A stretch of DNA of 64,000 nt from Candidatus Poribacteria bacterium (GCA_965246985.1 OZ251998.1:4063381-4127380), one strand, 5' to 3'; positions 1 through 9,581 are shown, counted from the first letter of the stretch. Made by a program: numbers and translations. The notes: a model not told the origin generated them from the sequence alone.

Positions 1-140
1 AGGTAATCTATCGCACAGACGACGAACAACACCACCAGATAGGTACCACCGACGAACAGTAGGCTCGGTGAGGCGTTGTAAAGCACAATCGGGATCGCTA
101 CTGGAAGCAGGAAAATGAGGAGACGGTTGCTAAAATGCAT
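1..140 (-). CDS. 5' end of a gene running off the window, immediately downstream of the MoxR gene; the N-terminus is hydrophobic (DUF58/vWA-type partner expected in MoxR operons)
   Basis: ATG at 140-138 (minus strand) 8 nt after the MoxR stop; translation MHFSNRLLIFLLPVAIPIVLYNASPSLLFVGG... is TM-like; operon context. Confidence 0.35.
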   Translation of the reverse strand, partial: MHFSNRLLIFLLPVAIPIVLYNASPSLLFVGGTYLVVLFVVCAIDY

Positions 141-148
141 CTTTGTAC

Positions 149-1102
149 CTAACGCGGAATTTCTGCTTCTGCAAGGAGCCGATCAATCACATCGTCTGGC
201 GTTAATCCTTCAATTTCGGCATCCGGTTTCAGCAGGATGCGATGACGATAGACATGCGGTGCCAAGGATTTAACATCATCAGGTAGGATATAGTCTCGTC
301 CCTGAAGCGCAGCGTAGGTTTTGCTCGCCAATAAGAGTGCGATCGAAGCGCGCGGGCTACCACCCAACACTAACTCATCAGAATTACGCGATGCCTCCGC
401 TAAACCGACAATATAATTGAAGATCGAATCCTCTACGGTCACCGTTTGGATTTCTTTCTGACACTCCTGAAGCGACGCGCTATCAATCACACTTTCGATC
501 CCTACTGCTTCCAATTGGGTGGCGTTGAACCCCTGGTGATAATTCATCAAAATCCGTGTTTCTACCTCGGCAGCGGGGTAATCGACACGTAATTTGAACA
601 GAAATCGGTCAAGTTGCGCCTCCGGGAGCGGGTAGGTGCCTTCATATTCAATAGGGTTTTGTGTCGCTACTATCATAAACGGTGGCGATAACACATGACG
701 GACACCGTCAATGCTCACCTGTCGCTCCTCCATACATTCTAAGAGTGCAGATTGCGTCTTAGCAGGTGCTCGGTTGATCTCGTCAGCGAGCAATACATTC
801 GTGAAAACGGGACCGCGCTTTAGATTAAATTGGTTCGTCGTCAAATCATAGACGCTGGTACCAACAATATCTGACGGCATCAGGTCTGGCGTAAACTGTA
901 CACGACTGAATTCCCCGGAAACTACCATCGCTAACGTCTTGGCGATAAGTGTTTTCGCGGTCCCGGGAACACCTTCTAACAATACATGTCCGCCTGAAAA
1001 CAGACTGACGACGACAAGCTCAAAGAGTTCTGTCTGTCCGACAATAACTTTCTGTGCCTCCTGCCTCATTTTCTCAAAAACTGTTTGAATGAGATTGCTC
1101 AT
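149..1102 (-). CDS. MoxR-family AAA+ ATPase
   Basis: 317 aa; Walker A GVPGTAKT, Walker [24 protein letters not shown]-like motif; typical MoxR length. Confidence 0.9.
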   Translation of the reverse strand: MSNLIQTVFEKMRQEAQKVIVGQTELFELVVVSLFSGGHVLLEGVPGTAKTLIAKTLAMVVSGEFSRVQFTPDLMPSDIVGTSVYDLTTNQFNLKRGPVFTNVLLADEINRAPAKTQSALLECMEERQVSIDGVRHVLSPPFMIVATQNPIEYEGTYPLPEAQLDRFLFKLRVDYPAAEVETRILMNYHQGFNATQLEAVGIESVIDSASLQECQKEIQTVTVEDSIFNYIVGLAEASRNSDELVLGGSPRASIALLLASKTYAALQGRDYILPDDVKSLAPHVYRHRILLKPDAEIEGLTPDDVIDRLLAEAEIPR

Positions 1103-1205
1103 ATATTAAAGTGCCTTTTCACAAGAGCGAGGTTAGAAACCTCGCCAGCAGATGCGGGGTGGAATTTTGAACGAGATTGCTCATATATTAAAGTGCTTTT
1201 TCACC
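1091..1205. repeat. Two 32-bp direct repeats (1091-1122 and 1173-1205) that duplicate the moxR start region, flanking a 50-bp spacer carrying a 20-bp palindrome GCGAGGTTAGAAACCTCGCC
   Basis: Read directly: gagattgctcatatattaaagtgc(c/t)ttttcac occurs twice; the palindrome at 1127-1146 is a near-copy of the one at 24893-24914. Confidence 0.6.
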
Positions 1206-1259
1206 AGGGCTATTTAGTTTTCGGTTTTTAGCCCGATTTTGGACCCCCCAGGCCCGGTA

Positions 1260-2522
1260 GGCGCGGTTTGATGAAGATTAAATAATTAATTCGGTAATAA
1301 TCCGACATAGTGTAGCAACTCCTGTGACCCGCCTTTGAACTGTTCCATGAAGTCGCTGACTTTCTCCTGAAGGGCTGTCCAGTCATTGCTGAGACGATGC
1401 AGATGTATGACAGCTTGACGCGCCCAGCGCCACAACTTCTCAATCGGATTCGTCCAACAGGCATACGTTGGGAGCTGCAATATCTCAATAGGGAGTTTCT
1501 CAAGTTTGCCTATTTTCTTTGACGGTTTCTCGCTCCAATTCGGTGGGGTCGGTCTAACAAACCTCGTCGTCTGTGGCAGAAGTGCTGCCATAAGATTCGC
1601 GTGAAAGTGGATCGCCCGATTGTCCTGGATCAAATAGATGCGTTCAGCGTTTGGGTAGCGTTGGCAAATCTGGGTGTAAAATGTATGGAGTGCGACAACC
1701 GTGCAGCTTTTGACTTGCTGATAAACAACATCTCCGGTGTGTGGGTTGAGCGCCCCGATGCCATAGCAGGTCTCCTCTGGGAGATAACTCTGGCGTGCCA
1801 AAGGACATTTCGTCCCTGTCTCCGCCCAGTCTTTTGCGACTCTCGGTTGTAGATTGAAACTAAACTCGTCTTGGTAAACGACAACGCAAGTTTCTGGGTT
1901 TTCACGGGCTTCTTCTAACGCTTGCTTGATGCGAGAAAGTTTTTCAGCATAATCGGTATCAGGACTCCGCAGATATTCTCTGGCACGCTTATAGCTGAGA
2001 CCCAAGCGTGAGAAGATCTGATGAATGCCGGGGAGCGATAGACCCTCAAGCCACGGCACGACCTGACCGAGACTGCGGAGCGTCCAGCGCGTTTGATGCT
2101 CATTGACGCTTCCCGGATCCTGACCGATTGCCACTAAGAGTTCCGACCCGGCTTCTTCGGGCGACTTAGGTGAAAAAGCAGGTTTGCGACCTCGACCAGG
2201 TTTATTAGACAACCCGCTAATACCGTGTTCGCGATACCGACGCAGCCAAGCATAAACGGTATCGGGGTCGCGTTTTTTCAACAAACCTCTGCGGGCGACT
2301 TCATGTGGAGAAAAGCCTTCATGGATTTTCAACAACGCTGTCGCACGCTCTCGAAGATAAGCCGGTTCGCCTTTATCCCGAAGATCAACGAGGGCTTGTA
2401 TTTCGCCTTCAGTTAACTCCAACTTATGGTGTTTTGCCATCAGAGAATACCTCCTTTGGCAATAGGATAACACGAATAACAATATTACCGAATTAATATT
2501 TTAATCTTCATGGAACCGCGCC
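1260..2522 (-). mobile_element. IS630-family insertion sequence (type 1) inserted between the moxR and DUF4350-like genes
   Basis: ~40-bp imperfect terminal inverted repeats GGCGCGGTTTGATGAAGATTAAATAATTAATTCGGTAATA (1260-) and its reverse complement ending at 2522; single transposase ORF inside; TA dinucleotide on the left flank. Confidence 0.85.
1286..2482 (-). CDS. IS630-family transposase (DDE)
   Basis: 398 aa with an N-terminal HTH region and C-terminal DDE region; typical IS630/Tc1 organisation. Confidence 0.85.
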   Translation of the reverse strand: MLFVLSYCQRRYSLMAKHHKLELTEGEIQALVDLRDKGEPAYLRERATALLKIHEGFSPHEVARRGLLKKRDPDTVYAWLRRYREHGISGLSNKPGRGRKPAFSPKSPEEAGSELLVAIGQDPGSVNEHQTRWTLRSLGQVVPWLEGLSLPGIHQIFSRLGLSYKRAREYLRSPDTDYAEKLSRIKQALEEARENPETCVVVYQDEFSFNLQPRVAKDWAETGTKCPLARQSYLPEETCYGIGALNPHTGDVVYQQVKSCTVVALHTFYTQICQRYPNAERIYLIQDNRAIHFHANLMAALLPQTTRFVRPTPPNWSEKPSKKIGKLEKLPIEILQLPTYACWTNPIEKLWRWARQAVIHLHRLSNDWTALQEKVSDFMEQFKGGSQELLHYVGLLPN

Positions 2523-2632
2523 GGACTTGAAAAAGAGGATCCAAAAATTTAGACAATCCGAGAATTTGTTTAAAACTAAATACCCCTGGCCTTTTCACGG
2601 AAGGAGGTTGCAAACCTCTCATCAAAGGAGTA

Positions 2633-2772
2633 CAATAGGACTTACGCAATGGACGTTCTTTGCTACTATGTTCCGCAGGATGGCTTCGGAGACCTTCATG
2701 CCCTGCGTGAATTCAGGTTCGGACGGGTACAGAGACCCATCCGAACAGCGTTTTGATGCGTAAGTCCTATTG
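2633..2772. repeat. MITE-like element, family with CAATAGGACTTACGCA terminal inverted repeats (copy A)
   Basis: 16-bp perfect TIRs at 2633-2648 and 2757-2772; interior ~85% identical to the copy at 19516-19639 and contains a GTTCGGACGGG...CCCGTCCGAAC hairpin. Confidence 0.7.
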
Positions 2773-2814
2773 TTGATAATGGAATACCAACAGTTGGCCG
2801 CTGATGGCTTTAAT

Positions 2815-4002
2815 TTAGAAACTCCGACGGACAGCCAATTTTGTCCTGCCGATCTTCGCGATTTCACGGTAAGTCTCAACGCGCTGCGCAATGTCAAGCA
2901 AGCGTGCCTCTGATATGTTCGCAGCCGGATCCAAGTCCGTCATCAGGTTTGTGAGCTCACTGTCTTCATCAACAGCACCGCGCAGTGCCAATTCCTCCAA
3001 AAAGGTCGCTGTCCCCAAATTCGGATTGACACGCCAACGGACACCAAGGTCAGCCTTGAACCTCTCACGAATGTGCCTCAAAACCTCCATGCGCGTATTG
3101 CCCTTTTGATATAGAGCCGTCATCGCGTGGACGTATTCGGCACTCAAACGTCTATTTTTTTCCTGTGCATCCAAAGGCTTGCCGAACCGCCGACCGCGCA
3201 GTACCAAAAACAAGAAAAGCGTCAGGCAGATATAAACTGCACCCAATCCCCCTGGTGTTCTGAACACGAATGCAATAAACGGATTCGGCGGCTTTGTTTC
3301 AAGCGTGTAGTATCTTCTGTCAGCGAGACCGATTCGCGCGTTACGTGGGAGTGTTGACATCAAATTGTAGAGGAACGCAGCATTACCACCATGCTGCAGC
3401 CCGATTCTCGTGAACAGATAATCGGACGCAATAAAGTAGGCGCGTCCGTCCCCATCGCGCAGCGTTACAATCGTCACATCGTCCTCTCTACCGTAAAGCA
3501 CAGCGGCTTCACGTCCTATAACTTCAATAACAAAATCTGTACGCGTCCGAACGTCGTCAACCGGATGCTGTGGAAACAGGGGTGCTTCTGGAATTCGTTG
3601 TGAGAATTCCAACCGATCTGTTAATTCTTGTAGTTCTAAACCGTAAGCCGAGAAAAGACCGTCCAACACTTTATTGTTCCCAGCCACAATTAAGGTGCCT
3701 CCAGTGTTGACGAAATCTTGGATGTCCCGAACCTCCTTTTCTGTAGGTGCCTTGTCAATGGCTTGCAGGAACAACACATCGTACCTATCCAGACGCGCCG
3801 GATACTCTGCCGATATTTCTGTGACGCGGAACTTTAACTTCTGCAAAATTTGGTAAAGCACAGAACCATATCCGAGTGAATCACACGAATTCAGGAAACA
3901 GGCAAAGGTAATTAAAATAATACTGAAAATAGACGTTCGGACAATTCGCATTTTCGCCTTCGGCAGTGAGGTAGTGATAAATTTAGTGCCTTGCATAGAC
4001 AT
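2815..4002 (-). CDS. DUF4350-like membrane-anchored protein of the MoxR operon (start may be the internal Met at ~3951)
   Basis: 395 aa, N-terminal signal/TM, C-terminal TM; fits the MoxR/DUF4129/DUF4350 neighbourhood; family assignment from memory, not searched. Confidence 0.55.
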   Translation of the reverse strand: MSMQGTKFITTSLPKAKMRIVRTSIFSIILITFACFLNSCDSLGYGSVLYQILQKLKFRVTEISAEYPARLDRYDVLFLQAIDKAPTEKEVRDIQDFVNTGGTLIVAGNNKVLDGLFSAYGLELQELTDRLEFSQRIPEAPLFPQHPVDDVRTRTDFVIEVIGREAAVLYGREDDVTIVTLRDGDGRAYFIASDYLFTRIGLQHGGNAAFLYNLMSTLPRNARIGLADRRYYTLETKPPNPFIAFVFRTPGGLGAVYICLTLFLFLVLRGRRFGKPLDAQEKNRRLSAEYVHAMTALYQKGNTRMEVLRHIRERFKADLGVRWRVNPNLGTATFLEELALRGAVDEDSELTNLMTDLDPAANISEARLLDIAQRVETYREIAKIGRTKLAVRRSF

Positions 4003-4678
4003 TTTTTAACAGATTTCGGTAACTCGCCACAGTCTCCGCGTCACACGGTTTGTGTCCGTACCACACTTCATCAAAAACGGTAATCGCAGGTCCGAGCGCA
4101 GTGTGCAGGTCAATATCCACTTGCGCTTGGTGGAGGTACTCACGATTGGTGAGACTCTTATCGTAAGGGAGTACCCCGCGTTCTTGGAGGTGAAAAATCG
4201 CGGAAAGATAGAGGAAACGGAGTGCCCCGCGAAAGTCGCTTGCCGCCTCCGCTGTCTCTGCGCGTGTGAGCGCAGCCCTTTCTGTTTCCACCTGTTCTAA
4301 CGCAGCTTCTGTAACATCATCGTGCGCTTCGCTAATCAGATTCATCCGAATTTGTCGAACAAAAAAGATGACCACTGCTCCCAGCGCGATGGCTGCAAGC
4401 GGAAATAGCACGTATCTCAGATCAGCATCCCATCTCCGAGGATTAAGGATCTTCTCCAAATCGTCTCGGTATTTTTTGTAAGATACCTCCGTCCCCGAAC
4501 GGCGTGTCTCCAATTCTTCGCGGAGTGCCTTTTCTTCTGCTACCGATATTGTCAAGAGGGCAAAAAGACTCACAAAGCACACTATGACACAAAGACAGGT
4601 TTTCTCTTTCACAGTTACGCCGCCTCTCTTATAGCGTCTACTCGTTGAAAGTAGAGATGTGTCGTTAAAATTGCCCAT
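3983..4678 (-). CDS. DUF4129-like membrane protein (more likely starts at GTG 4608, giving an N-terminal TM anchor)
   Basis: 231 aa with a TM segment CLCVIVCFVSLFALLTISV and a helical, charged C-terminal domain; operon context. Confidence 0.5.
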   Translation of the reverse strand: MGNFNDTSLLSTSRRYKRGGVTVKEKTCLCVIVCFVSLFALLTISVAEEKALREELETRRSGTEVSYKKYRDDLEKILNPRRWDADLRYVLFPLAAIALGAVVIFFVRQIRMNLISEAHDDVTEAALEQVETERAALTRAETAEAASDFRGALRFLYLSAIFHLQERGVLPYDKSLTNREYLHQAQVDIDLHTALGPAITVFDEVWYGHKPCDAETVASYRNLLKNVYARH

Positions 4679-5065
4679 ATCGGCACCAAAAAGGTAGTGA
4701 TCAATCCGCTCACAACAAAAATCGCCACCATGACGGGAGCACTCAATAACTCTGGCAACACGACCTGAACATCACTACCGATGAAGAGGCTTAGGAATAT
4801 TAACGGCGACAACGCCTCGCGAACAGGGACGAGTTCCGGGATGAACACAGACAATACTAACAACGCAGCACCGAACAATACAGACGCAATGACCGAGGCT
4901 ATCCAGCCTGTCAGAAGATAGATCCCGAAAAACCGCCATCTTGCGCCACTCACTAACGCGTGGCTCCGGCGAAAAGCACCTATGATAGACCTGTTTTCAA
5001 AGATGATGCCCAAATTGTAAAGACTCATCGTCGCCATAAAATAAAACTGGAGACACATAAATAAA
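4615..5065 (-). pseudogene. C-terminal half of a polytopic membrane-protein gene split by the IS1595 composite insertion (includes one 8-bp TSD copy, TAAATAAA)
   Basis: Joining 8282..7793 to 5057..4615 after removing the element and one TSD copy gives a clean 310-codon frame ...SLVWVLF-MCLQFYFMATMSLYNLG... (hand-checked). Confidence 0.75.
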
Positions 5066-5288
5066 CGGAATTAGTCGTTTTGGACTTGCAAAAAGTTGTT
5101 AGAAACCGCGATGAACCCTTGTAAATAAAGGGTTTATGTGATACAATATAGATAAGAAAATAGGGGATTGTGAGTCCCCTATCGAACCCAAAAAAGCGGG
5201 TGGCTTTTCTTGATTCCCCTTATCTGATTATTTTATCAGAATTGACTCAGGAAATGCAACCCCTAAAATAATAGAGGAGCATTTTCTG

Positions 5289-5669
5289 ATGGATGTGATC
5301 AAGATTATGGAGATGTTTCCAACGCAAGAGGCTTGTATTGCGTATTTAGAACGTCTCAGATGGCAGGGATCCCCAGAATGTCCACATTGTGAGTCTACAC
5401 ACGTCAGACGCCGGACCGAACACGCTATAGGACGTATTGGACGCTGGAATTGCCACGATTGCCGATCCTCGTTCAAGGCAACACACGGAACACTCTTTCA
5501 AGGGACGAAGATACCGCTTCAGAAATGGTTTCTCGCTATCTCGTTGATGGCGAATGCGAAGAAAAGCCTCTCAAGTTGTCAACTCTCACGCGATTTGGGG
5601 TTACCACAAAAAACATGTTGGCGTCTAATGATGAGTATACGCGCAGAGATGGCGAAGGATAACGTCTTA
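5289..5669 (+). pseudogene. IS1595-family transposase, N-terminal part (zinc-ribbon region) truncated by the IS630 insertion
   Basis: CPHCES...CHDCRSSF zinc ribbon typical of IS1595 transposases; ORF reads into the IS630 terminus after ...KDNVL. Confidence 0.7.
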
Positions 5670-5671
5670 TA

Positions 5672-6094
5672 CCATATTAACGCGACTATTCTTGTGTATA
5701 TTTTTTAGATATGTTATTGTGAAGAGATGAAAAAGCAAAAACATGAGGTTTTCCCCCACTTTTCAGTAGAAGTTGTTAAACAAAGGTATCTTGAATGTGA
5801 ATGTCTTCGGGAACGGACGCACTGGCATATTATTTGGCTCCTTGCGGATACCAGAGATTCACGCACCCCCCGGCAAGTCGCTGAGATTGTAGGATGCACG
5901 CCGGACTGGGTTCGCAAGTTGCTCAAACGCTATAATGCTGAAGGCGAAGCCGCTTTGCGAGATAAACGCAAAAATAATACAGGTGTGCGTTTTTTGGATG
6001 AAACACAGCAAGCCGCCCTTGCAGCTGCCCTTTCTGCGCCTCCTGGTGATGGGGGTCTTTGGACGGGTCCGAAAGTGGCTGCGTGGATATCTGA
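5672..6094 (+). mobile_element. Partial copy (left 423 bp) of IS630-family element type 2, directly abutting a full copy
   Basis: 5672-6094 is near-identical to 6097-6519 and the two are separated only by TA (6095-6096); truncated transposase ORF 5727-6155 reads across the junction. Confidence 0.8.
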
Positions 6095-6096
6095 TA

Positions 6097-7245
6097 CCAT
6101 ATTAACGCGACTATTCTTGTGTATATTTTTTAGATATGTTATTGTGAAGAGATGAAAAAGCAAAAACATGAGGTTTTCCCCCACTTTTCAGTAGAAGTTG
6201 TTAAACAAAGGTATCTTGAATGTGAATGTCTTCGGGAACGGACGCACTGGCATATTATTTGGCTCCTTGCGGATACCAGAGATTCACGCACCCCCCGGCA
6301 AGTCGCTGAGATTGTAGGATGCACGCCGGACTGGGTTCGCAAGTTGCTCAAACGCTATAATGCTGAAGGCGAAGCCGCTTTGCGAGATAAACGCAAAAAT
6401 AATACAGGTGTGCGTTTTTTGGATGAAACACAGCAAGCCGCCCTTGCAGCTGCCCTTTCTGCGCCTCCTGGTGATGGGGGTCTTTGGACGGGTCCGAAAG
6501 TGGCTGCGTGGATATCTGAGACACTCCAGCGTCGTGTCAGTGACGTGTCAGGTTGGAAATATCTCAAACGTCTCGGTTATACTTTACAAACACCTCGTCC
6601 GCAACATCAGGCAGCCGCAACACCCGAGGCACAGCAAACATTTAAAAAAAAACTCAAGGAGCGGGTAGCTACGCTTGAAAGTCAGCACCCAGAGAAACCG
6701 GTAGAGATCTGGGCAGAAGACGAGACGCGCTTGGGATTATTGCCGGTTCATCGGCGTGTCTGGGCGAAGCGAGGTGAAAGACCGATAGCCCCCGTGTGTC
6801 CGGCATATAAGTGGTTTTATGGTTTCGGTTTTGTCCGTCCACAGACAGGTGAGACCTATTGGCTGCTGATGCCGAGTGTGAGTGTTGAAGTCATGAACCT
6901 TGCCTTGGCAGAGTTTGCGCGTGATGTGAACCCGGAAGGCAAGAAACAGATAATCCTTTTGTTAGATCGTGCCGGTTTTCACACGGGTAAGGATTTAGAA
7001 GTCCCAGAAGGGATTGAGTTATTTCATTTGCCCCCGTACACACCAGAACTTCAACCTGCCGAACGGCTCTGGCCTTTGTTGCGAGAGGTGGTTGTGAATA
7101 AAGTTTTTACAACGCTCTCAGCACTTGAAGAAGCCGTTGTGAAAAGGTGTCAATGGTTCTCTGAAAACACAAAGAAGGTGCAGGCACATGTCGGTTTTCA
7201 GTGGATTTGCAAAATGGAAAAATAATACAAATCACGTTAATTTGG
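6097..7245 (+). mobile_element. IS630-family insertion sequence type 2 (full copy, 1149 bp), inserted at a TA inside the IS1595 transposase gene
   Basis: TIRs CCATATTAACGCG (6097-) and CACGTTAATTTGG (-7245), flanked by TA; single transposase ORF. Confidence 0.8.
6152..7225 (+). CDS. IS630-family transposase (type 2)
   Basis: 357 aa; N-terminal HTH; C-terminal DDE region with PPYTPELQPAERLW motif. Confidence 0.85.
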   Translation: MKKQKHEVFPHFSVEVVKQRYLECECLRERTHWHIIWLLADTRDSRTPRQVAEIVGCTPDWVRKLLKRYNAEGEAALRDKRKNNTGVRFLDETQQAALAAALSAPPGDGGLWTGPKVAAWISETLQRRVSDVSGWKYLKRLGYTLQTPRPQHQAAATPEAQQTFKKKLKERVATLESQHPEKPVEIWAEDETRLGLLPVHRRVWAKRGERPIAPVCPAYKWFYGFGFVRPQTGETYWLLMPSVSVEVMNLALAEFARDVNPEGKKQIILLLDRAGFHTGKDLEVPEGIELFHLPPYTPELQPAERLWPLLREVVVNKVFTTLSALEEAVVKRCQWFSENTKKVQAHVGFQWICKMEK

Positions 7246-7247
7246 TA

Positions 7248-7754
7248 TTACTACAAGGAATTGTTGAGGCAGACGAAACCTATATCGGTGGCAAACGCAA
7301 GAAAGACTACGATAAAGAGGTTGGCGAACCCCGTAAACGCGGGCGCGGCACAGCGAAAGATGTCGTGCTTGGTGCCGTCGCAAGAGGCGGGAAAGTTGTC
7401 GCTGAACTTGTTGAGAATGTCAAGGGTAACACAATCGCTGAGTTTATCAAGACGTTTGTGAAAATAGACGATGCCGAACTCTATACCGACCAATATAAAG
7501 GCTATAACTCTATCGGTAAAGAGATGAAGCATGAAACGATGAACCGGAGTCAGAAATGGGAGCCTGATGGGATACATACGAACACAATGGAAGGTTTTTG
7601 GTCTTTTGTGAAGCGTGCGTGGTATGGATCGCATCACCACTATTCAACACAATACACGCCCCTGTATCTCGCAGAGGCGTGCTATAAATACAACTACCGC
7701 GATGAAAATATCTTCGCGAAGTTTCTCACCGAAAGTATGAGCGGTGAAATCTGA
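7248..7754 (+). pseudogene. IS1595-family transposase, C-terminal DDE part
   Basis: ...DETYIGGKRKK... DDE-region sequence continuing the 5289-5669 fragment. Confidence 0.7.
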
Positions 7755-7792
7755 AAAAATGAAAAATTCCAAGTCCAAAACGACTAATTCCG

Positions 7793-8282
7793 TAAATAAA
7801 ACCCAAACGAGAGAGAACAGAATGGTCCAGAATTCAACAGACATTTTGCCAACCAACGGATATATTAGATCGAAAATCACATCAGTCAAATAATGACCCG
7901 CTTTGTCAATCCCAAATATAATCAGGACAAATAGCACGGAGGCACCCAATACCGTCAACACCTTACGTCCAGTCTGTCGCCACGCTTCACGCGCGGTGAT
8001 CGGAACCAAATCTTGGGCAACATCAGAAACCTCTGATCCACGTGATATGCGAGCCACAGCAAGAGATAACGGGCAGAGCGTTAGCAACAGCAGGGCGAGA
8101 GAATTATAAGGACCATGAGGGACACTTCGGAAACTTAATCTCCAACGCCATGTAACCCACGCATCGTTGGTTGAACTGAAATAAGGCAGCGGCAATAGCA
8201 TCCAATGTACCCCAGGCGGGTATACCGGATCTTTCATGACTTTTTCGGAAGTGTCTTCTGGCGTATCCCTTTCAGATACCAA
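7793..8282 (-). pseudogene. N-terminal half of the membrane-protein gene split by the IS1595 composite element
   Basis: See 4615-5065; the ORF reads from host sequence into the TIR. Confidence 0.75.
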
Positions 8283-8403
8283 AAACGTCGGATGAGCACC
8301 AATGCCTGTGCCAACACGACTGGTGATCTTATATTCTTCTTTGTCAAGTCGATCACTAAAGGATGACCAACGCCAGAAAAATATGGTAATACTTAAGGGG
8401 ATA

Positions 8404-9422
8404 ACGTGAGTTTGATAAATAATTGAAAGTTTTTGCCTAAAGAGAACACCTTTGGTATAATGAGGTTATCACATCTCTATAACCCAAAGGAGTTCTCTGA
8501 TGAAAATCATAACACTTTTCTGTAAAATAGACGACTTTTTTCTGGCTTACGAGAAATGGCAGACGAGGCATTGTCTGCCAGAGACGACACCCCCGGAAAC
8601 ACGCGGACGTCCACGGCAACTGCATCCGAGCGAAGTGATGACGCTCCTGATTGCGTTCCATCAAAGTGGGTATCGGACGTTCAAGCATTTTTACGAAAGA
8701 CACGTCTGCGTCTATTGGTGCGCCGAGTTTCCACATCTGGTGAGTTATTCTCGGTTCGTTCAACTCAAGAAAGAGGTGCTGACGCTTCTGACGATTTATC
8801 TTCATGCCCACCTCGGTGAATGTAGCGGTATCTCCTTCGTTGACTCGACACGGTTGCGAGTTTGCGACAATAAGCGCATTTCATCACATCGCGTCTTCGC
8901 AGAACGTGCCGGACGCTCAAAGACCTCAATGGGATGGTTCTACGGTTTTAAACTCCACCTAATGATCAGTGAGAAAGGGGATCTCTTAGGTGTTGAGTTG
9001 ACCCCGGGGAATACCGATGACCGTCAACCGCTATGGGAGTTGTCGTCGGAACGTCTGTTCGGAAATCTTTATGGCGATAAGGGGTATATCTCCAAAGACC
9101 TGCGCGAGTTTCTCAATGAGCAAGGTATCAACTTCTGCTATAAAGTCCGTAAAAACATGAAACCGCTGCCGTTGTCTATTGCCGATGAGGTGCTGCTGAA
9201 AAAACGGACGATTATTGAATCGGTGATCAAGGAACTGAAAACACAGACGCAAGTGGAACACAGTCGGCATAGAAGTTTCGTTAACTTCCAAGTGAATGTT
9301 ATTTCTGCGTTGATTGCGTATCAGCTTTTGGAGAGAAAACCTTCGGTGAACCTCTCGGAACTTCAAGCAAGCAACGATTTACCCGTGCTTTTCTAACTTA
9401 TAAACTTTTTTCAAACTCACGT
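8404..9422 (+). mobile_element. IS982-family insertion sequence
   Basis: ~12-bp TIRs ACGTGAGTTTGA / TCAAACTCACGT; 11-bp flanking direct repeat TTAAGGGGATA at 8393-8403 and 9422-9432; ~1 kb with one transposase ORF. Confidence 0.75.
8500..9396 (+). CDS. IS982-family transposase
   Basis: 298 aa starting MKIITLFCKIDDF..., a typical IS982 N-terminus. Confidence 0.8.
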   Translation: MKIITLFCKIDDFFLAYEKWQTRHCLPETTPPETRGRPRQLHPSEVMTLLIAFHQSGYRTFKHFYERHVCVYWCAEFPHLVSYSRFVQLKKEVLTLLTIYLHAHLGECSGISFVDSTRLRVCDNKRISSHRVFAERAGRSKTSMGWFYGFKLHLMISEKGDLLGVELTPGNTDDRQPLWELSSERLFGNLYGDKGYISKDLREFLNEQGINFCYKVRKNMKPLPLSIADEVLLKKRTIIESVIKELKTQTQVEHSRHRSFVNFQVNVISALIAYQLLERKPSVNLSELQASNDLPVLF

Positions 9423-9581
9423 TAAGGGGATAGCAACAATAGCAACCGGTAACATGATACGCCAGAACAATCCCCAATGCTCCCGATACTGTGTGAAAAT
9501 CGTTCTTGCAAGATTCGCGCGTCGGTTGTCAGCCACTCTGATTTCCCTCAAGGTGTTTTTGGAAGGTGTATGTGCAAATTC

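Larger units (their letters stand above)
5066..7792 (+). mobile_element. IS1595-family element (~1.15 kb of its own sequence), itself interrupted by an IS630-family element carrying a partial tandem duplication
   Basis: 23-bp perfect TIRs CGGAATTAGTCGTTTTGGACTTG at 5066-5088 and 7770-7792, flanked by an 8-bp direct repeat TAAATAAA (5058-5065, 7793-7800); transposase split into 5289-5669 and 7248-7754. Confidence 0.8.

Noticed and set aside
2527-2763. 78-aa plus-strand ORF
   Set aside because: It lies wholly inside the MITE copy at 2633-2772. A near-identical sequence recurs at 19516-19639 in a different context, so it is repeat DNA rather than a gene.
5714-6351. Two identical 70-aa minus-strand ORFs (5714-5926 and 6139-6351)
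   Set aside because: They are identical only because they lie in the tandemly duplicated 5' segment of the IS630 type 2 element. They are antisense to the transposase gene and not independent genes.
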